Assembly: GCA_963767925.1 (NCBI GenBank)
Contig: CAVYGB010000010.1
Span: 1,248,001-1,312,000 of the forward strand
Length of the DNA: 64,000 nucleotides
Source of the DNA: an uncultured delta proteobacterium
GTDB lineage: Bacteria; Myxococcota_A; Polyangia; Fen-1088
Direction of reading: 5' to 3'
Below are positions 38,798-49,913 of the stretch, piece by piece (position 1 is the stretch's first letter; each line of letters begins with the position of its first letter). Below the pieces are notes generated by a model. It searched no databases, was not told the origin of the DNA, and was given only the letters and a program-made list of their open reading frames with translations. The position numbers and the translations under genes are program-made.

Positions 38798-38941
38798 GGC
38801 CCGGAGCTTACAACCGACCTTCGCAGCGTGGGCCTAAAGGTGTGGGACCGGTTCGCCGATGGGGCCCGAACGTGGTGGGCGCAGAGCGGCGGCAGCGCTA
38901 TGCTGGAGAGCCCCGATCCAAACGACTCGGGAGGTGCACGA

Positions 38942-40435
38942 ATGGGCGACCGTGCCAGGCCGCTGGTTCACTTGTGGGCGCTGCCCCTGATGCCGGTCGT
39001 GGCCCTGGGGCTGGCCTGCGCCGAACGTGACCCGGCGGCGCCCGGCCCCCTGCCGCCGTCCACCTGGGAGCCGGTCAGCGGGTCGCGCCTGACCGCCCGC
39101 TTCCTCCTGTCGGACGACGGGCTGCGCATCTTCGACGGCTGGTTCGACAACCAGCGCGGCGAATATTGCCGGGTGGCCCGCGGTCAAAACGGCCGCTTTT
39201 ACTGCTTCCCCGCCGCCAACCCGGCCGTGTTCAGCGACGCGCGCTGCCAGCAGGCCCAGGGCCAGCATCTCGAATGCGCCCACCGCTACACCGGGGTCAC
39301 GCGCGGCGATCGCCGCTGCGGCAACGAGGCCCTCACCCTCTGGGAGGAGGGCGACTCGGTGAACCTGCCCAGCCGCTACCGGCTGTCGAACGACTTCTGC
39401 GCCGGGCCCGACACCTCCACCGGCGGCAGCTACGTGGGCCTGACCACCCGGGTGACCGAGGGCGCCCTCGTCGAGGGCGAGCCCTTCCTCAGCCGGGCCA
39501 GCTTGCGCCTGGGGCCCCGGGTGATCCGCTTTCAGGACGGCTCCACCGCGCCCTTCGAGATGTACGACAACTCGCAGAACCGGGCCTGCGTGCGGGTCGA
39601 GACCGATCGCGGGATCCGCTGCTTGCCGGAGAACACGGTCCACGTCGGCCTGGCCGGCCCCTTTTACGCCGACGCCGCCTGCACCGCCCGCGTCGCCCAC
39701 GCCGACGGACCCTCCTGCCTGCGCCCCTCGCTGGTGCTGGTGACCGACGTGGTAAACGGCTGCATGCGGGTGCGCGAGGCCTACCGCCCCGGCTTCCGGC
39801 TGGACCCGCGCGAGGTCTACTCGGGCGCCGACTGCGGCACCGGGCGGATCTTGCCCGGGCACTTCTATCAGCTCGGCGAGCGGATCGACCTCGCCACCTT
39901 CCCCGAGCTGCGGCTGCGCGAGACCGGCAGCGGCCGCATCCGCCTGCGCAGCTACAGCGCCGCCGACGACGTCGCCATCGCCCCCCTGGGCGAGGTCCTT
40001 TTCGACACCCAGCTCGGGGTCGAGTGCAAGGTGGCGGTGGCCACCGACGGGGCCCTGCGCTGCCTGCCGCTGACCGGACCGGCGGTCATCGAGGGGGAAG
40101 TTAGTGCCACCGCCTTCGCCGACCCCGGCTGCCGCGAGGCCCTCGCCCGCTACAACCCGAGCGGCGCCTGCCAGGGGGCCATGCCGGCCATGGCCGGGGT
40201 GGCGCGCGCCTCCCAGAAGCGCTGCCTCGATCCGGGGGCCACCGGGAGGGGCTCGCGCGACGACCGCCGGCCCGGCCGCTGGGACATCCACCGCCTGGGC
40301 CGCCGCCACGATGGCCCGCTGTTTTACCGGGTGAGCGGCACCTGCCAGACCGGCCCGGCCGGGCCGGGCGACGAGCACTACGAGCTGGCCGAGGCGCTCC
40401 CTCCGGAGACCTTCGCCGCCCTCCGCGAAGAATGA
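38942..40435 (+). CDS. Cys-rich secreted lipoprotein with internal repeats
   Basis: LGLAC lipobox; three SGxRL...FD...C...RCLP-like units. Confidence 0.72.
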   Translation: MGDRARPLVHLWALPLMPVVALGLACAERDPAAPGPLPPSTWEPVSGSRLTARFLLSDDGLRIFDGWFDNQRGEYCRVARGQNGRFYCFPAANPAVFSDARCQQAQGQHLECAHRYTGVTRGDRRCGNEALTLWEEGDSVNLPSRYRLSNDFCAGPDTSTGGSYVGLTTRVTEGALVEGEPFLSRASLRLGPRVIRFQDGSTAPFEMYDNSQNRACVRVETDRGIRCLPENTVHVGLAGPFYADAACTARVAHADGPSCLRPSLVLVTDVVNGCMRVREAYRPGFRLDPREVYSGADCGTGRILPGHFYQLGERIDLATFPELRLRETGSGRIRLRSYSAADDVAIAPLGEVLFDTQLGVECKVAVATDGALRCLPLTGPAVIEGEVSATAFADPGCREALARYNPSGACQGAMPAMAGVARASQKRCLDPGATGRGSRDDRRPGRWDIHRLGRRHDGPLFYRVSGTCQTGPAGPGDEHYELAEALPPETFAALREE

Positions 40436-41367
40436 GACCGACCCGCGCCGGCGCCCACTGGTGGCTGCCCTGTCTGTGCGCCGCCTGGGTGGGCTGTGGC
40501 TCGGCGAGCGGCGGCGGCCGGGGCAACGAGGAGGCCGCCTTCCGGGCCCACGAGCGCGGCTACCTGGCCTTCCGCCGGGAGGAGCGCAGCTGCGAGTCGC
40601 TGCGCCGGGCTGCCGAGACCGAGCTGGCCAACGGAAACCACGAGGGCGCCCTGGAGGCCTCCGAGCTGGTGATGACCTACTGCCCGAACGGCCAGCTCGA
40701 AGCGCTCGAGAACACCATGGTGGTGCTCAACCGGCCCGAGGCGCAGGCGGCCCAGTCGGCCGCCCGCTCGGTGCGCCTGCGCCTGGCGCTGCCCCTGCCA
40801 CCGGGTGACAGGCTGCTCTGGTTCGGGGCCTACGCCGGCGGCAAGCTGGGCCTCAACAACCTCACCCTGGGATCCCACCGCATCGACGTCGAGCTGCACC
40901 TGTGGCGCACCGGCGGCGATCGCGCTGGCCAGCTCGTGCGGGTCACCGGCGCGGTCGACGTGCGCATCGACGGGCGCATGCCGGTCTGGCTCGACGTGGT
41001 CCTCAACCGGCTCGACTCCCCTGCCCTGCCGGTCGAGCTGGTGATCCGCCCCGCCAGCACCCACCTGCCCCCCGGGGCCAGCACCCGCGGCTCGACCGCC
41101 GACCTCGGACGGCTGGCCACCCTCCGCGACGAGATGCCGCCCCCCCGCGCCCCGGGCTCGCTCGAGCGGGCCGGGCTGCCCGCCAGCATCGAGCTCGAGC
41201 TCTGCTTCGACGCCGCCGGCCAGCTTCGCCGGGTCAATCCCCTCTCCTGGCCCCACCCCCGCCAGCTCGGCGTCTACCTGGAAGGCCTGCGCGACTGGCG
41301 CCTGCGCACCCCCGGCGCCTCGTGGTTCTGCACCGCCTGGCGCCAGGTCACGACCCGCGCCCGCTAG
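40432..41367 (+). CDS. Hypothetical lipoprotein
   Basis: ATGA overlap with the upstream gene; WVGC lipobox-like motif. Confidence 0.6.
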   Translation: MRPTRAGAHWWLPCLCAAWVGCGSASGGGRGNEEAAFRAHERGYLAFRREERSCESLRRAAETELANGNHEGALEASELVMTYCPNGQLEALENTMVVLNRPEAQAAQSAARSVRLRLALPLPPGDRLLWFGAYAGGKLGLNNLTLGSHRIDVELHLWRTGGDRAGQLVRVTGAVDVRIDGRMPVWLDVVLNRLDSPALPVELVIRPASTHLPPGASTRGSTADLGRLATLRDEMPPPRAPGSLERAGLPASIELELCFDAAGQLRRVNPLSWPHPRQLGVYLEGLRDWRLRTPGASWFCTAWRQVTTRAR

Positions 41368-41375
41368 ATCCCTGG

Positions 41376-43208
41376 TCAGTTCCCCGCGGGCAGGGCGGCG
41401 GCCTGGGCGGCCAGAGCGAGGGTGAGCCAGGCGCCGTGGGGGATCCACTGCTCGGACCAGCGCCAGCGCTGCGACGGGTTGCGCGCGTGGGGCTCGGGGA
41501 GGAAGGCGATGTCGCGCTCGTCCTCGAAGCCGGCGGTGATGCCGTTGGCCACGCCGCCCGGGGCGTTGGGCTGGTCGGCCTCGTACTCCGGGTTGTTGCG
41601 ACCGCGCCCCTGCAGCAGGCAGACGTCGAAGGGGTTGAGGCCGAGGATCCAGTCGATCTGGTCGCTGGCGTAGGCCTCGAGGGCCTTCTTCTGATCGGGC
41701 AGGAGGGCGCCGGCCATCAGCGCCGCCGAGGCGAGCGATCCCTGGCGGGCGCTCTCGCCCTGCCACCAGTAGCCCGACTCGTTCTTGTGGGGAAAGAAGA
41801 AGGCGCTCCGCTTGCCACCGCCGAGGTCCTTGACGTACTGGCGGGCGTACCCGAACGGGTTGTACACCTCGGCGGTGACCGCCAGCTCGAAGGCCAGCGA
41901 TTCGGAGATCGCCTCGAGCACCGGCCCGTGCTGGGCGGCGTCCGGCTCGACCGCCCGGTAGCGCAGCAGCGCCACCACCGGCAGGCCCGCCTCCACCGCG
42001 TGGAAATAGGGCCGCTCCCCCTTGCTGTCGGCCCGCCAGAAGCCCTTCCACTTGTCGTCGTGACTGAGCCGGGCCAGCAGGGAGGCCCGGCGCTTGCGGG
42101 CCGCCTCGAGGTAGGGCGCCTTCTTCGTTGTCTGGTACAGCTCGGTGGCGGCCAGCAGGGCGGCGTAGTCGTCGATGATGTTCTCCTGGTGGTCGTCGAG
42201 GTACTCCAGGTTGTGGGCCTGCAGGTGGGCGAAGCCCTTCTCCGCCGCCGCCAGGTAGCGGGCGGGCGAAAAATCCCCCAGCTTGCCGAGCGCGGGGAAC
42301 TGCCCGGCGATGCGGGCCAGCGCCGCGATGGCCAGGCCCCCGCCCTCGCGAAAGCCCGCCTTGTATTCGGCGGTCTTGACCCCGTCCTGGGTCTTGTAGG
42401 CGCTGATCTCCCGCTTCTTCGGATCGTGCGACCAGACGTCGAACACCGTGAGGTAAAAGTACCCGCCCGGATCCTGCATGCGCACGAGGAAGTCGGCGCC
42501 GTGCAGGGCCTCCTCCAGCAGGCGGGGGCGCAGCGCCTGCAGGCGCACGCTCTTGACCGGGGTCAGCCGCTCGGCCGCCTCGATCTGGCTCCAGACCACG
42601 AAGGGGGTCTGCTGCGGGTTCATGTAGTTGGCGTAGCTGAGGTGGCTGAGGTACTTGCTGACGTCGCCCGAGGCGTCGAACCAGCCGCCGTGCACGTCGG
42701 CGGGGCGCCGCTTGTCCCCGAAGAAGGGGGCCGCCCGGTCGGTGAGGTCGTAGACCCCCGAGGAGCGCTGCGATTTCAGGAAGAACAGCAGATCGAACAG
42801 CAGCGCCTCGGGCAGCAGGCGCGCCGCCACCGGGAACGGCTCCGAGCGCACGACCCCGGTCGCCAGCGGCACGCGCACCCGGTATCTCCCGGGCCGGGCG
42901 AGGGCGCTGAAGTCGCCGCGCAGGAAGCGGCCCTTGCTCCAGCGGTCGACCTGGCCCGTCTTGCCACCGTTGCCGAGCTGGGCCAGCTTCCCCTCGAAAA
43001 CCACCTTCCCCTGCCCATCGATGATCTGGAAGCCGTCGACCGACAGGTCGGCGGCGGCCTGGACGACGAACTTCTTGCTCGCGCTCAGCTCGTAGCCGAC
43101 GTGGTTCACGAGGATCTGCGCGGCGGGCGGCTGGGCCTGCGCGATCGGCGCCGGCAGCAGACCGGCCAGCAGGAACGACAGCGGGAGGAAGGTCCGGTGC
43201 GACGACAT
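41376..43208 (-). CDS. Glycoside hydrolase family 9 (exo-beta-glucosaminidase-like subgroup)
   Basis: ILVNHVGY Ig-like start; DVHGGWFDASGDVSKYLSHLSYANYMNPQQTP; WILGLNPFD; WRWSEQWIPH. Confidence 0.88.
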   Translation of the reverse strand: MSSHRTFLPLSFLLAGLLPAPIAQAQPPAAQILVNHVGYELSASKKFVVQAAADLSVDGFQIIDGQGKVVFEGKLAQLGNGGKTGQVDRWSKGRFLRGDFSALARPGRYRVRVPLATGVVRSEPFPVAARLLPEALLFDLLFFLKSQRSSGVYDLTDRAAPFFGDKRRPADVHGGWFDASGDVSKYLSHLSYANYMNPQQTPFVVWSQIEAAERLTPVKSVRLQALRPRLLEEALHGADFLVRMQDPGGYFYLTVFDVWSHDPKKREISAYKTQDGVKTAEYKAGFREGGGLAIAALARIAGQFPALGKLGDFSPARYLAAAEKGFAHLQAHNLEYLDDHQENIIDDYAALLAATELYQTTKKAPYLEAARKRRASLLARLSHDDKWKGFWRADSKGERPYFHAVEAGLPVVALLRYRAVEPDAAQHGPVLEAISESLAFELAVTAEVYNPFGYARQYVKDLGGGKRSAFFFPHKNESGYWWQGESARQGSLASAALMAGALLPDQKKALEAYASDQIDWILGLNPFDVCLLQGRGRNNPEYEADQPNAPGGVANGITAGFEDERDIAFLPEPHARNPSQRWRWSEQWIPHGAWLTLALAAQAAALPAGN

Positions 43209-43278
43209 CGGCCGTGTTTTTCGTGCCTCCGGGCCCGGCAAGTCAATGGGAACGTTTTTCTTGCCGGGCCCGGCCCCC

Positions 43279-43719
43279 TCACAGCGCGCCGCCGGCACGC
43301 AGGTTGATGCCGAACTCCAGGTAGCCCTTGAGGCAACACATCATGTGCATCCAGCCCCCGCAGTTGCCGTACGAGCTCTCGATCCCCCTGGGGGTGTCCC
43401 GCCAGCCCGACTCGCGGATCTGGACCATGGTGTTGCCATCGTCGAGCGGCTTGAACACCATCTCGACCGTGGTGTCGTAGCCCCCCTCCGCGGCCGCCCA
43501 CTCGAGCACGATGCGCTCGTTGTTCACCACCTGGCGGACCTTGACCGGAGACTCCTCCTCGAACTCGGGGAAGCGCCACATCACCGTGGCCCCCTCGGCG
43601 AGGCGGCCGCTGGCCGTCCGGGTGAAGTAGCCGCTGAGCTTGCCGGGGTCGACCACCCCCTCGAACACCTCGGCCACCGGCTTCCGGATCTTCAACTGAA
43701 CCTCGAACTTCGGTTGCAT
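43279..43719 (-). CDS. SRPBCC/AHSA1 domain protein
   Basis: IRKPVAEVFEGVVDP, ERIVLEW, GWMHMMCCLKGYLE. Confidence 0.88.
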   Translation of the reverse strand: MQPKFEVQLKIRKPVAEVFEGVVDPGKLSGYFTRTASGRLAEGATVMWRFPEFEEESPVKVRQVVNNERIVLEWAAAEGGYDTTVEMVFKPLDDGNTMVQIRESGWRDTPRGIESSYGNCGGWMHMMCCLKGYLEFGINLRAGGAL

Positions 43720-43820
43720 GGCTCTCTCCTTTCTTCTTCGCTGCGCTTCGCTTCCGTTTCTTGCGCCGTGTTTTTTGCTCCGTCCGGACCGGCCTTTTCC
43801 GGCCTCTCCCGGCGCCCCAA

Positions 43821-43844
43821 ACATGTTATAAATTTACAACATGT
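43821..43844. promoter_or_regulatory. AT-rich palindromic operator overlapping the ArsR start
   Basis: ACATGTTATAAATTTACAACATGT is a near-perfect 24-bp palindrome between divergent genes. Confidence 0.75.
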
Positions 43845-44167
43845 CAAGGTCGGCACAAGACGACCTCGTCTTCAAGGCCCTCGCCGACTCGCGGCGCCGG
43901 GAGATCCTGGATCTGCTCAAGGACGCCGCCCGCACCACCGGCGAGCTGTGCGATCACTTCAGCAAGACCCTCGATCGCTGCACGGTCATGCAGCACATCG
44001 GCGTGCTGGAGAAGGCCGGCCTGCTGATCTCCCGGCGCGAGGGGCGCCAGCGCTGGAACCACCTCAACGTCATGCCGATCAAGGACATCCACGATCGATG
44101 GATCTCCCCATACGCCAGCTCGGCCGTGCGGCTGCTCGCGCGCATGAAACGCGACTTCGAGGGCTGA
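43841..44167 (+). CDS. ArsR/SmtB family transcriptional regulator
   Basis: FKALADSRRREILDLL, HIGVLEKAGL, REGRQRWNHLN. Confidence 0.92.
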   Translation: MSRSAQDDLVFKALADSRRREILDLLKDAARTTGELCDHFSKTLDRCTVMQHIGVLEKAGLLISRREGRQRWNHLNVMPIKDIHDRWISPYASSAVRLLARMKRDFEG

Positions 44168-44206
44168 CCGAACTGGACACCGACGGTGGGTTGGCGATAC
44201 TGGATC

Positions 44207-46577
44207 ATGATGTCGTACCCGCCCGCTCCGGACGGGGCTGTCCAGGTTGCCGGGGCGAGCGGTGTGGTGGTGGGGCAACCCGGGACTGCCTTCGTGCCCT
44301 GTGCGCGCCTCTACACCGAGCGGATGGTCCTGAACGCGGGCAGCGACTTCGCGCCCGACGAGCAGGAAGAGCTGCTGCCCGTGATCGAGCTCGCCTTCGA
44401 CTACGGGGGGAAGGTGGTGCCCGCCCGGGCGGCCATGAGCCCCAGCCGCGACCGGGAGGGTGAGCGGCGGGCCCGCCAGCTCCTCGAGAGCTTCGGGCCG
44501 ATGGAGCTGAGCTGCCTCGACACCGTCGAGCCGCCCTTCGGCTCGCGGGCCGACTACCTCGTCCGGGCCAACAGCGACCCCCACGCCCTCTGCTCGTTCT
44601 CCGCCTACGTGGTGCCGCAGCTCCGGTCGTTCGGCTGGCGCATCGACGTCGCCGCCGACTACCCCTGGCAGGTGGTGGACGGCGAGCCGCCGCTTTACGC
44701 CCGCCTCGACGCCGACGACGACCAGCGCGACTGGTTCAGCCTCGAGCTGGGGATCGAGGTGGACGGCCGCCGCATCAACCTGCTACCCGCCCTGCTCGAG
44801 CTGCTCGATCAGCTCCCGGCCTCGGCCCGCCTCGACGTGGCGGCGCCCGCCGGTCTGCGCTGCTTCGCCGTGGCGGTGGGCGGCCGCCGCTTCGTCACCC
44901 TCCCGGCCGAGCGGGTGCAGATCCTGCTCAAGGTGCTGCGCGAGCTGTACCAGCCCGACGGCGATCGGCAGAAGGTGCGCTTCCCGGCCCTGGCCGCCCG
45001 GGCCCTCGGCAGAGCTCGAGGCCAGCTTCGGCGGCGCCCTGGGCCCGGGCGGGGTGCCCGCCCTGCGCTGGGAGGGGGCCACCAAGGCGGTCTCGCTGGG
45101 GGTGGCGCTCTGGCAGGGCCCCGCCCGCCCGAACGAGCAGGCCCCGGTGCCCGTCGACCTCAAGGCCGACCTGCGTCCCTACCAGCGGGAGGGGGTGGCC
45201 TGGCTGCAGCACCTGCGCGAGCTGGGGGCCGGCGCCATCCTGGCCGACGACATGGGCCTGGGAAAGACCCTGCAGGCCATCGCCCACATCGTCGCCGAGA
45301 AGCAGGCCGGCCGCCTGGACCTGCCCGCCCTGGTGGTGGCGCCCACCAGCCTGGTGGGAAACTGGCGGCGCGAGCTGGCGCGCTTCGCCCCCCACCTCGA
45401 GGTCCTCACCCTGCACGGGGCGACCCGCCACCGCCTGTGGCGCCGCATCGAGCACGCCGACGTGGTGGTCACGACCTACGCCGCCGTCGTGCGCGACGAG
45501 GAGAAGCTGCGCAAGCGGCCGTTCCACCTGCTGCTGCTCGACGAGGCCCAGGCCATCAAGAACCCGCGCAGCCAGGCCCACGGCGCCGTCTCCCGCCTGC
45601 AGGCCCGCCACCGCATCTGTCTCAGCGGCACCCCGGTCGAGAACAGCCTGCGCGAGCTGTGGTCGCTGTTCGAGTTCCTCAACCCCGGCCTGCTCGGCGA
45701 CGGCGAGTGGTTCGCCCACCGCTACACCCGCCCCATCGAGCGGGAGGGCAACGCCAGCCGGCTCGAGCAGCTCCGGGGCCAGATCGCCCCCTTCATCTTG
45801 CGCCGGACCAAGGAGGAGGTCGCCCGCGAGCTGCCTCCCAAGACCGAGATCGTGCGCCCGGTCGAGCTGCGCGGCGGCCAGCGCGATCTGTACGAGAGCC
45901 TGCGGCTGGCCGGGCACGCCGAGGTCCGGCGGGCCATCGCCGACAAGGGGATCGGGGCCTCGGCGGTCACCATCCTCAGCGCCCTGATGCGCCTGCGCCA
46001 GGCCTGCTGCGACCCCCGGCTGCTGCCCGGCGACGCGGCCCGCGGGGTGCAGGAGTCCTCGAAATACGAGCTGCTGCTCGAGCTGCTGGCCGCCCAGCGC
46101 GCGGCCGGGCGGCACGTCCTGGTCTTCTCCCAGTTCGCCAGCATGCTGGCCCTGATCGGCGAGGGGCTGCGCCGGGCGGGGATGCCCTTCGTGCTGCTGA
46201 CCGGCGCCACCGGGGATCGTCAGAAGCCGGTCGACGAGTTCCAGTCGGGGCGCACCGGCATCTTCCTCATCAGCCTCAAGGCCGGAGGCACCGGGCTGAA
46301 TCTGACACGCGCGGACACGGTCATTCACTACGACCCCTGGTGGAACCCGGCCGTCCAGGCCCAGGCCACCGATCGCGCGCACCGCATCGGACAGACTCAG
46401 CCGGTTTTCGTTTACAATCTGATCGTGGCCGGCAGCGTGGAGGAACGGATGCTCGGGCTGCAGCGGCGCAAGCGGGCGCTCGCCGCCGGGCTGCTGGGAC
46501 GACCGGCGCCTGCCGCGGTCCCGCTCACGCCGTCGGACGTCGACCGGCTGTTTGCACCCATGGGCGAGGGGGGTTAA
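44207..46577 (+). CDS. SNF2-family helicase (frameshift near 45008)
   Basis: LRPYQREG, LADDMGLGKT, LDEAQAIKN, SGTPVEN, SLKAGGTGLNL, QATDRAHRIGQ. Confidence 0.92.
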
Positions 46578-46672
46578 AAAACCGCCCCGGGTGCGCGCCG
46601 AATCGGCACGCCCCCGAGTCAGGGAACGAAAGACCGCACAACCCACACGCGAGAAAGAGAAACCGGCAAAAC

Positions 46673-47254
46673 ATGCAGCGAGGGATCCTTCTGTTCGGGT
46701 ATCCGGGAAGCGGCAAGGGGACACAGGGTCGGATCCTGTCGGCTCTGCCGGGGTTTCATCACGTCGCGATGGGGGACATCCTGCGGGCGGTGACCCCGGG
46801 TAGCCAGATGCACGAGCGGGTGCAGAGCCACCTGCGGGCCGGGAATCTGGTCCCCGACGATCTCGTCATGGACCTCTTCGCCCGCTACGTGGAACAGATC
46901 AAGCCGGCGCCCGAGGACTTCCTCGTGATCGACGGGCTGCCCCGCAACGCCAAGCAGGTCCAGCTCATCACCCGCCTCGTCGAGGTGGTGCGGATCTTCA
47001 AGCTATCGGTCTACGACGAGAACCTCGTCATCGATCGGATGCGCAAGCGGGCCCGGGCCCAGAGCCGGTCCGACGACCTCTCGGACGAGATCATCCAGCA
47101 CCGGCTGGGGATCTACCGGGCGGAGACCGAGTCGTGCATCCGCGCGTTCCCGGGCACGATCTTGACCCGGATCCACGCGAACCAGCCGATCTTCGACGTC
47201 CACTTCGACATCATCCACGCGCTGGCCAAGATGCGCGACATCCACTTCAAGTAG
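46673..47254 (+). CDS. Adenylate kinase-family nucleoside monophosphate kinase (short LID)
   Basis: GYPGSGKGTQ, GDILR, GNLVPD, IDGLPRN, RSDD. Confidence 0.88.
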   Translation: MQRGILLFGYPGSGKGTQGRILSALPGFHHVAMGDILRAVTPGSQMHERVQSHLRAGNLVPDDLVMDLFARYVEQIKPAPEDFLVIDGLPRNAKQVQLITRLVEVVRIFKLSVYDENLVIDRMRKRARAQSRSDDLSDEIIQHRLGIYRAETESCIRAFPGTILTRIHANQPIFDVHFDIIHALAKMRDIHFK

Positions 47255-47492
47255 GCCGCCGGCCAGGCGCCGCGCCGAGTTCGCGCGGTGCGTGCGGCGG
47301 GCCGTGGCGAACTTTCGCGCGCCGAAGGGCGAGGTTTCCTGGAGGGCTTCCGGGAGACCTTGGCGCGGGAACTTCTGCGCGGGTGGGGCGTGGGACTGCG
47401 GCCGGATTTGTCGCGCGGCTTCGTGGTATTGACGTGGTTGGGCTTGATCGCGCGCACGGATCGGCAGCCCCAACTCGACGGAGGTTCATGCC

Positions 47493-49011
47493 ATGCGAGT
47501 CCGCTCGCTCTGTTTTCCCGTCCTCTCCCTGACGGCGGCCCTGTCCGCCACCTGCGAGAACCCGTCGGTGCGAGACACCATGGGCAGCGGGGCGCCCCCG
47601 CCCGGAGCGCCCGGTGCTCCGGGACCGGCTCCGGGCGCGGTGGCGCCGCCGTTCATGTTGCCGCCGATGCCCGCCCCGGGCACCGCCCCGACTCCGGGCG
47701 CCGGGCCCTGCGTGAACCTGGCCTGCCAGCAGACCACCTGCCGGCAGGGCGCTTGCCTGCAGCAGGCCTGCCCGGGCGGCCAGAAGACAACCCTGCGGGG
47801 GAAGGTGTTCGACCCGGCCGGTCGGGTGCCCCTGTACAACGTGCTGGTCTACGTCCCCAACGCGCCCCTCGACCCGATCGCCTCGGGCCCGAGCTGCGAC
47901 CGTTGTGACACGCCCATCTCGGGCAAGCCGATCACCTCGGCCCTCAGCGACACCAAGGGCGAGTTCCTCCTCGACAACGTCCCGGTGGGCAGCGACATCC
48001 CGCTGGTGGTCCAGGTCGGCAAGTGGCGCCGCGAGATCCGGGTGCCGCAGACGGTGGCCTGCGCCGAGACCGTGCTCGACGACCCCAACCTGGTGCGCCT
48101 GCCGCGCAGCCGCGAGGAGGGGAACCTCCCCAAGATCGCCCTCACCACCGGCGGGGCCGACAACCTCGAGTGTCTGCTCCGCAAGATCGGCATCGCCGAG
48201 TCCGAGTTCACGCCCGAGACGGGCGCCGGCCGGGTCAACTTCTTCGCCGGCCTGCCCAACCCCGCCCCCAACCCGATCTTCCCCTTCCCCGTCCCGATCG
48301 AGCGGGCCACCACCGCCTACAGCGGCCTCGCTCAACGGCGGCGCCACCTTCACCCCCGCCCGCACCTTCTGGGACGATCCGGCGGCCTTCAACCGCTACG
48401 ACATGGTGATCCTGTCGTGTGAGGGGAACTCGTACCCCAACGAGAAGAGCCCCGCCGCCCGGGCCGCGCTGGTCGACTACTCCGACCGGGGAGGCCGCGT
48501 GTTCGCCTCCCACTGGCACAACGTCTGGCTGCGCGGCGGGCCGCCCCCCTGGTCCGACGTCGCCACCTTCAACAACAACGGCGGGAACCTGCCCGACCCC
48601 TTCGAGGGCGAGGTCGACACCTCCTTCCCGAAGGGCAACGCCCTGGCCGACTGGCTGGTCAACGTCGGCGCCGCCACCACCCGCGGCCTCCTCACCATCC
48701 GGGAGGGCAGACGCACCGTCTCGGCCATCAACCCGATGCTGTCGACCTCCTGGATCCGCAGCCCGATGGGCCAGCCCCAGGGCGTGCAGTACTTCACCTT
48801 CAACACCCCCGCCGGCATGCCCGCCGAGAAGCAATGTGGCCGGGTGGTCTTCACCGACATCCACGTCTCCGCCGCCGACACCCCCGGCCCCCCCTTCCCC
48901 GAAGGCTGCACCACCACCGAGCTCTCCCCCCAGGAAAAGGCCCTGGCGTTCATCCTCTTCGACCTCTCCTCCTGCGTCCAACCCGACGCCCTCCCCCCCA
49001 TCATCCCCTGA
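47493..49011 (+). CDS. Secreted Cys-containing protein with carboxypeptidase-regulatory-like domain (frameshift near 48320)
   Basis: GKVFDPAGRVPLYNVLVYVP, LVVQVGKWRR, DNLECLLRKIG, then YDMVILSCEG, GGRVFASHWH, CGRVVFTDIH, FDLSSCV. Confidence 0.8.
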
Positions 49012-49171
49012 CCCCGAGTGGGGGCCGCCGGGCCGGGCCGGGCCGGGCCGGATGCGCTCCGCGGGTTTCCAGCCGAGCGCCGGAAGTAGACCATGTCCAG
49101 CGATTCTCGCGGACACCATCGAGATGACGGTTCTCAGGCGACCCATCGCGCCCCTCCACGGTCTTTGCTCT

Positions 49172-49913
49172 GTAACCGCTGCACGGACCGCACATGGCGA
49201 GGCGCGGGGGAGGCCGGCACCCTGGGTGCATGCCTAGGCTCTACACGAACAAGCAGCGATCCGACGTGGTCGACCTGTTGACCAACGGGCGAGCCTCGGT
49301 ATCGGAAGCGGCGGCCCGGATGGCCGTAAACCCATCGACGCCGTACTACTGGCTGAGGCGCGGCGCCGCGGTGGTGCGTACGGGACAGGGGCGTCCCTCG
49401 CCCACGTCGAGGACGAGAGGACTCGCCCGGCCGACGTTCGTCCGACTCGTGCCGAGCAGCGAGGTCTCGGCGAGGATTGCGGTGCGGGTCGGGGGTGCTG
49501 AGATCCTGGTTCCGCGCGACTTCGACCGGGAACTGTTACGGGCGGTGGTGGAAGCGCTCGCCGGAGGTGCCCCGTGATCGCGGCGGGGCTGCCAATTTAC
49601 GTGGCCTTGGAGCCAGTGGACATGGCGAGCGCGCGGTCGCGCAAGGCCGCAACCTCGCGACCAAGGCGCTCGGCTACGCCCTCAACCAAGAGACGGAGCT
49701 CTTGCGGGTGCTCGACGATGCGAGCCTCCCCCTCGACAACACGCGCTCTGAACGGGCGCTACGAAAGATCGTTGTCGGGCGCAAGGCGTGGATGTTCTAT
49801 GGAAGCGACACGCATGCCGAGGCTGCGGCGGCCACCTTCAGCATCAGCGCGTCGTGCCGCCTCCATCGGCTCGACCCTTTCGCCTACCTGGACGAAGTCC
49901 TGCGGGTCCTACC
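49172..49913 (+). mobile_element. Internally deleted IS66-family element (tnpA, tnpB stub fused to tnpC 3' part)
   Basis: GTAACCGCTGCACGGACC end; MIAAGLPIYVALEPVDM stub; KALGYALNQ...LDNTRSERALR...GRKAWMFYGS. Confidence 0.85.
49230..49577 (+). CDS. tnpA: IS66 TnpA-like HTH protein
   Basis: SVSEAAARMAVNPSTPYYW, FVRL, FDRELLRAVVEAL; GTGA overlap with the tnpB stub. Confidence 0.75.
   Translation: MPRLYTNKQRSDVVDLLTNGRASVSEAAARMAVNPSTPYYWLRRGAAVVRTGQGRPSPTSRTRGLARPTFVRLVPSSEVSARIAVRVGGAEILVPRDFDRELLRAVVEALAGGAP

Noticed and set aside
44186..47254. Apparent 1022-aa SNF2-adenylate kinase fusion
   Set aside because: Created by the frameshift near 45008; the helicase core is in another frame ending at 46577 and the kinase has its own ATG at 46673
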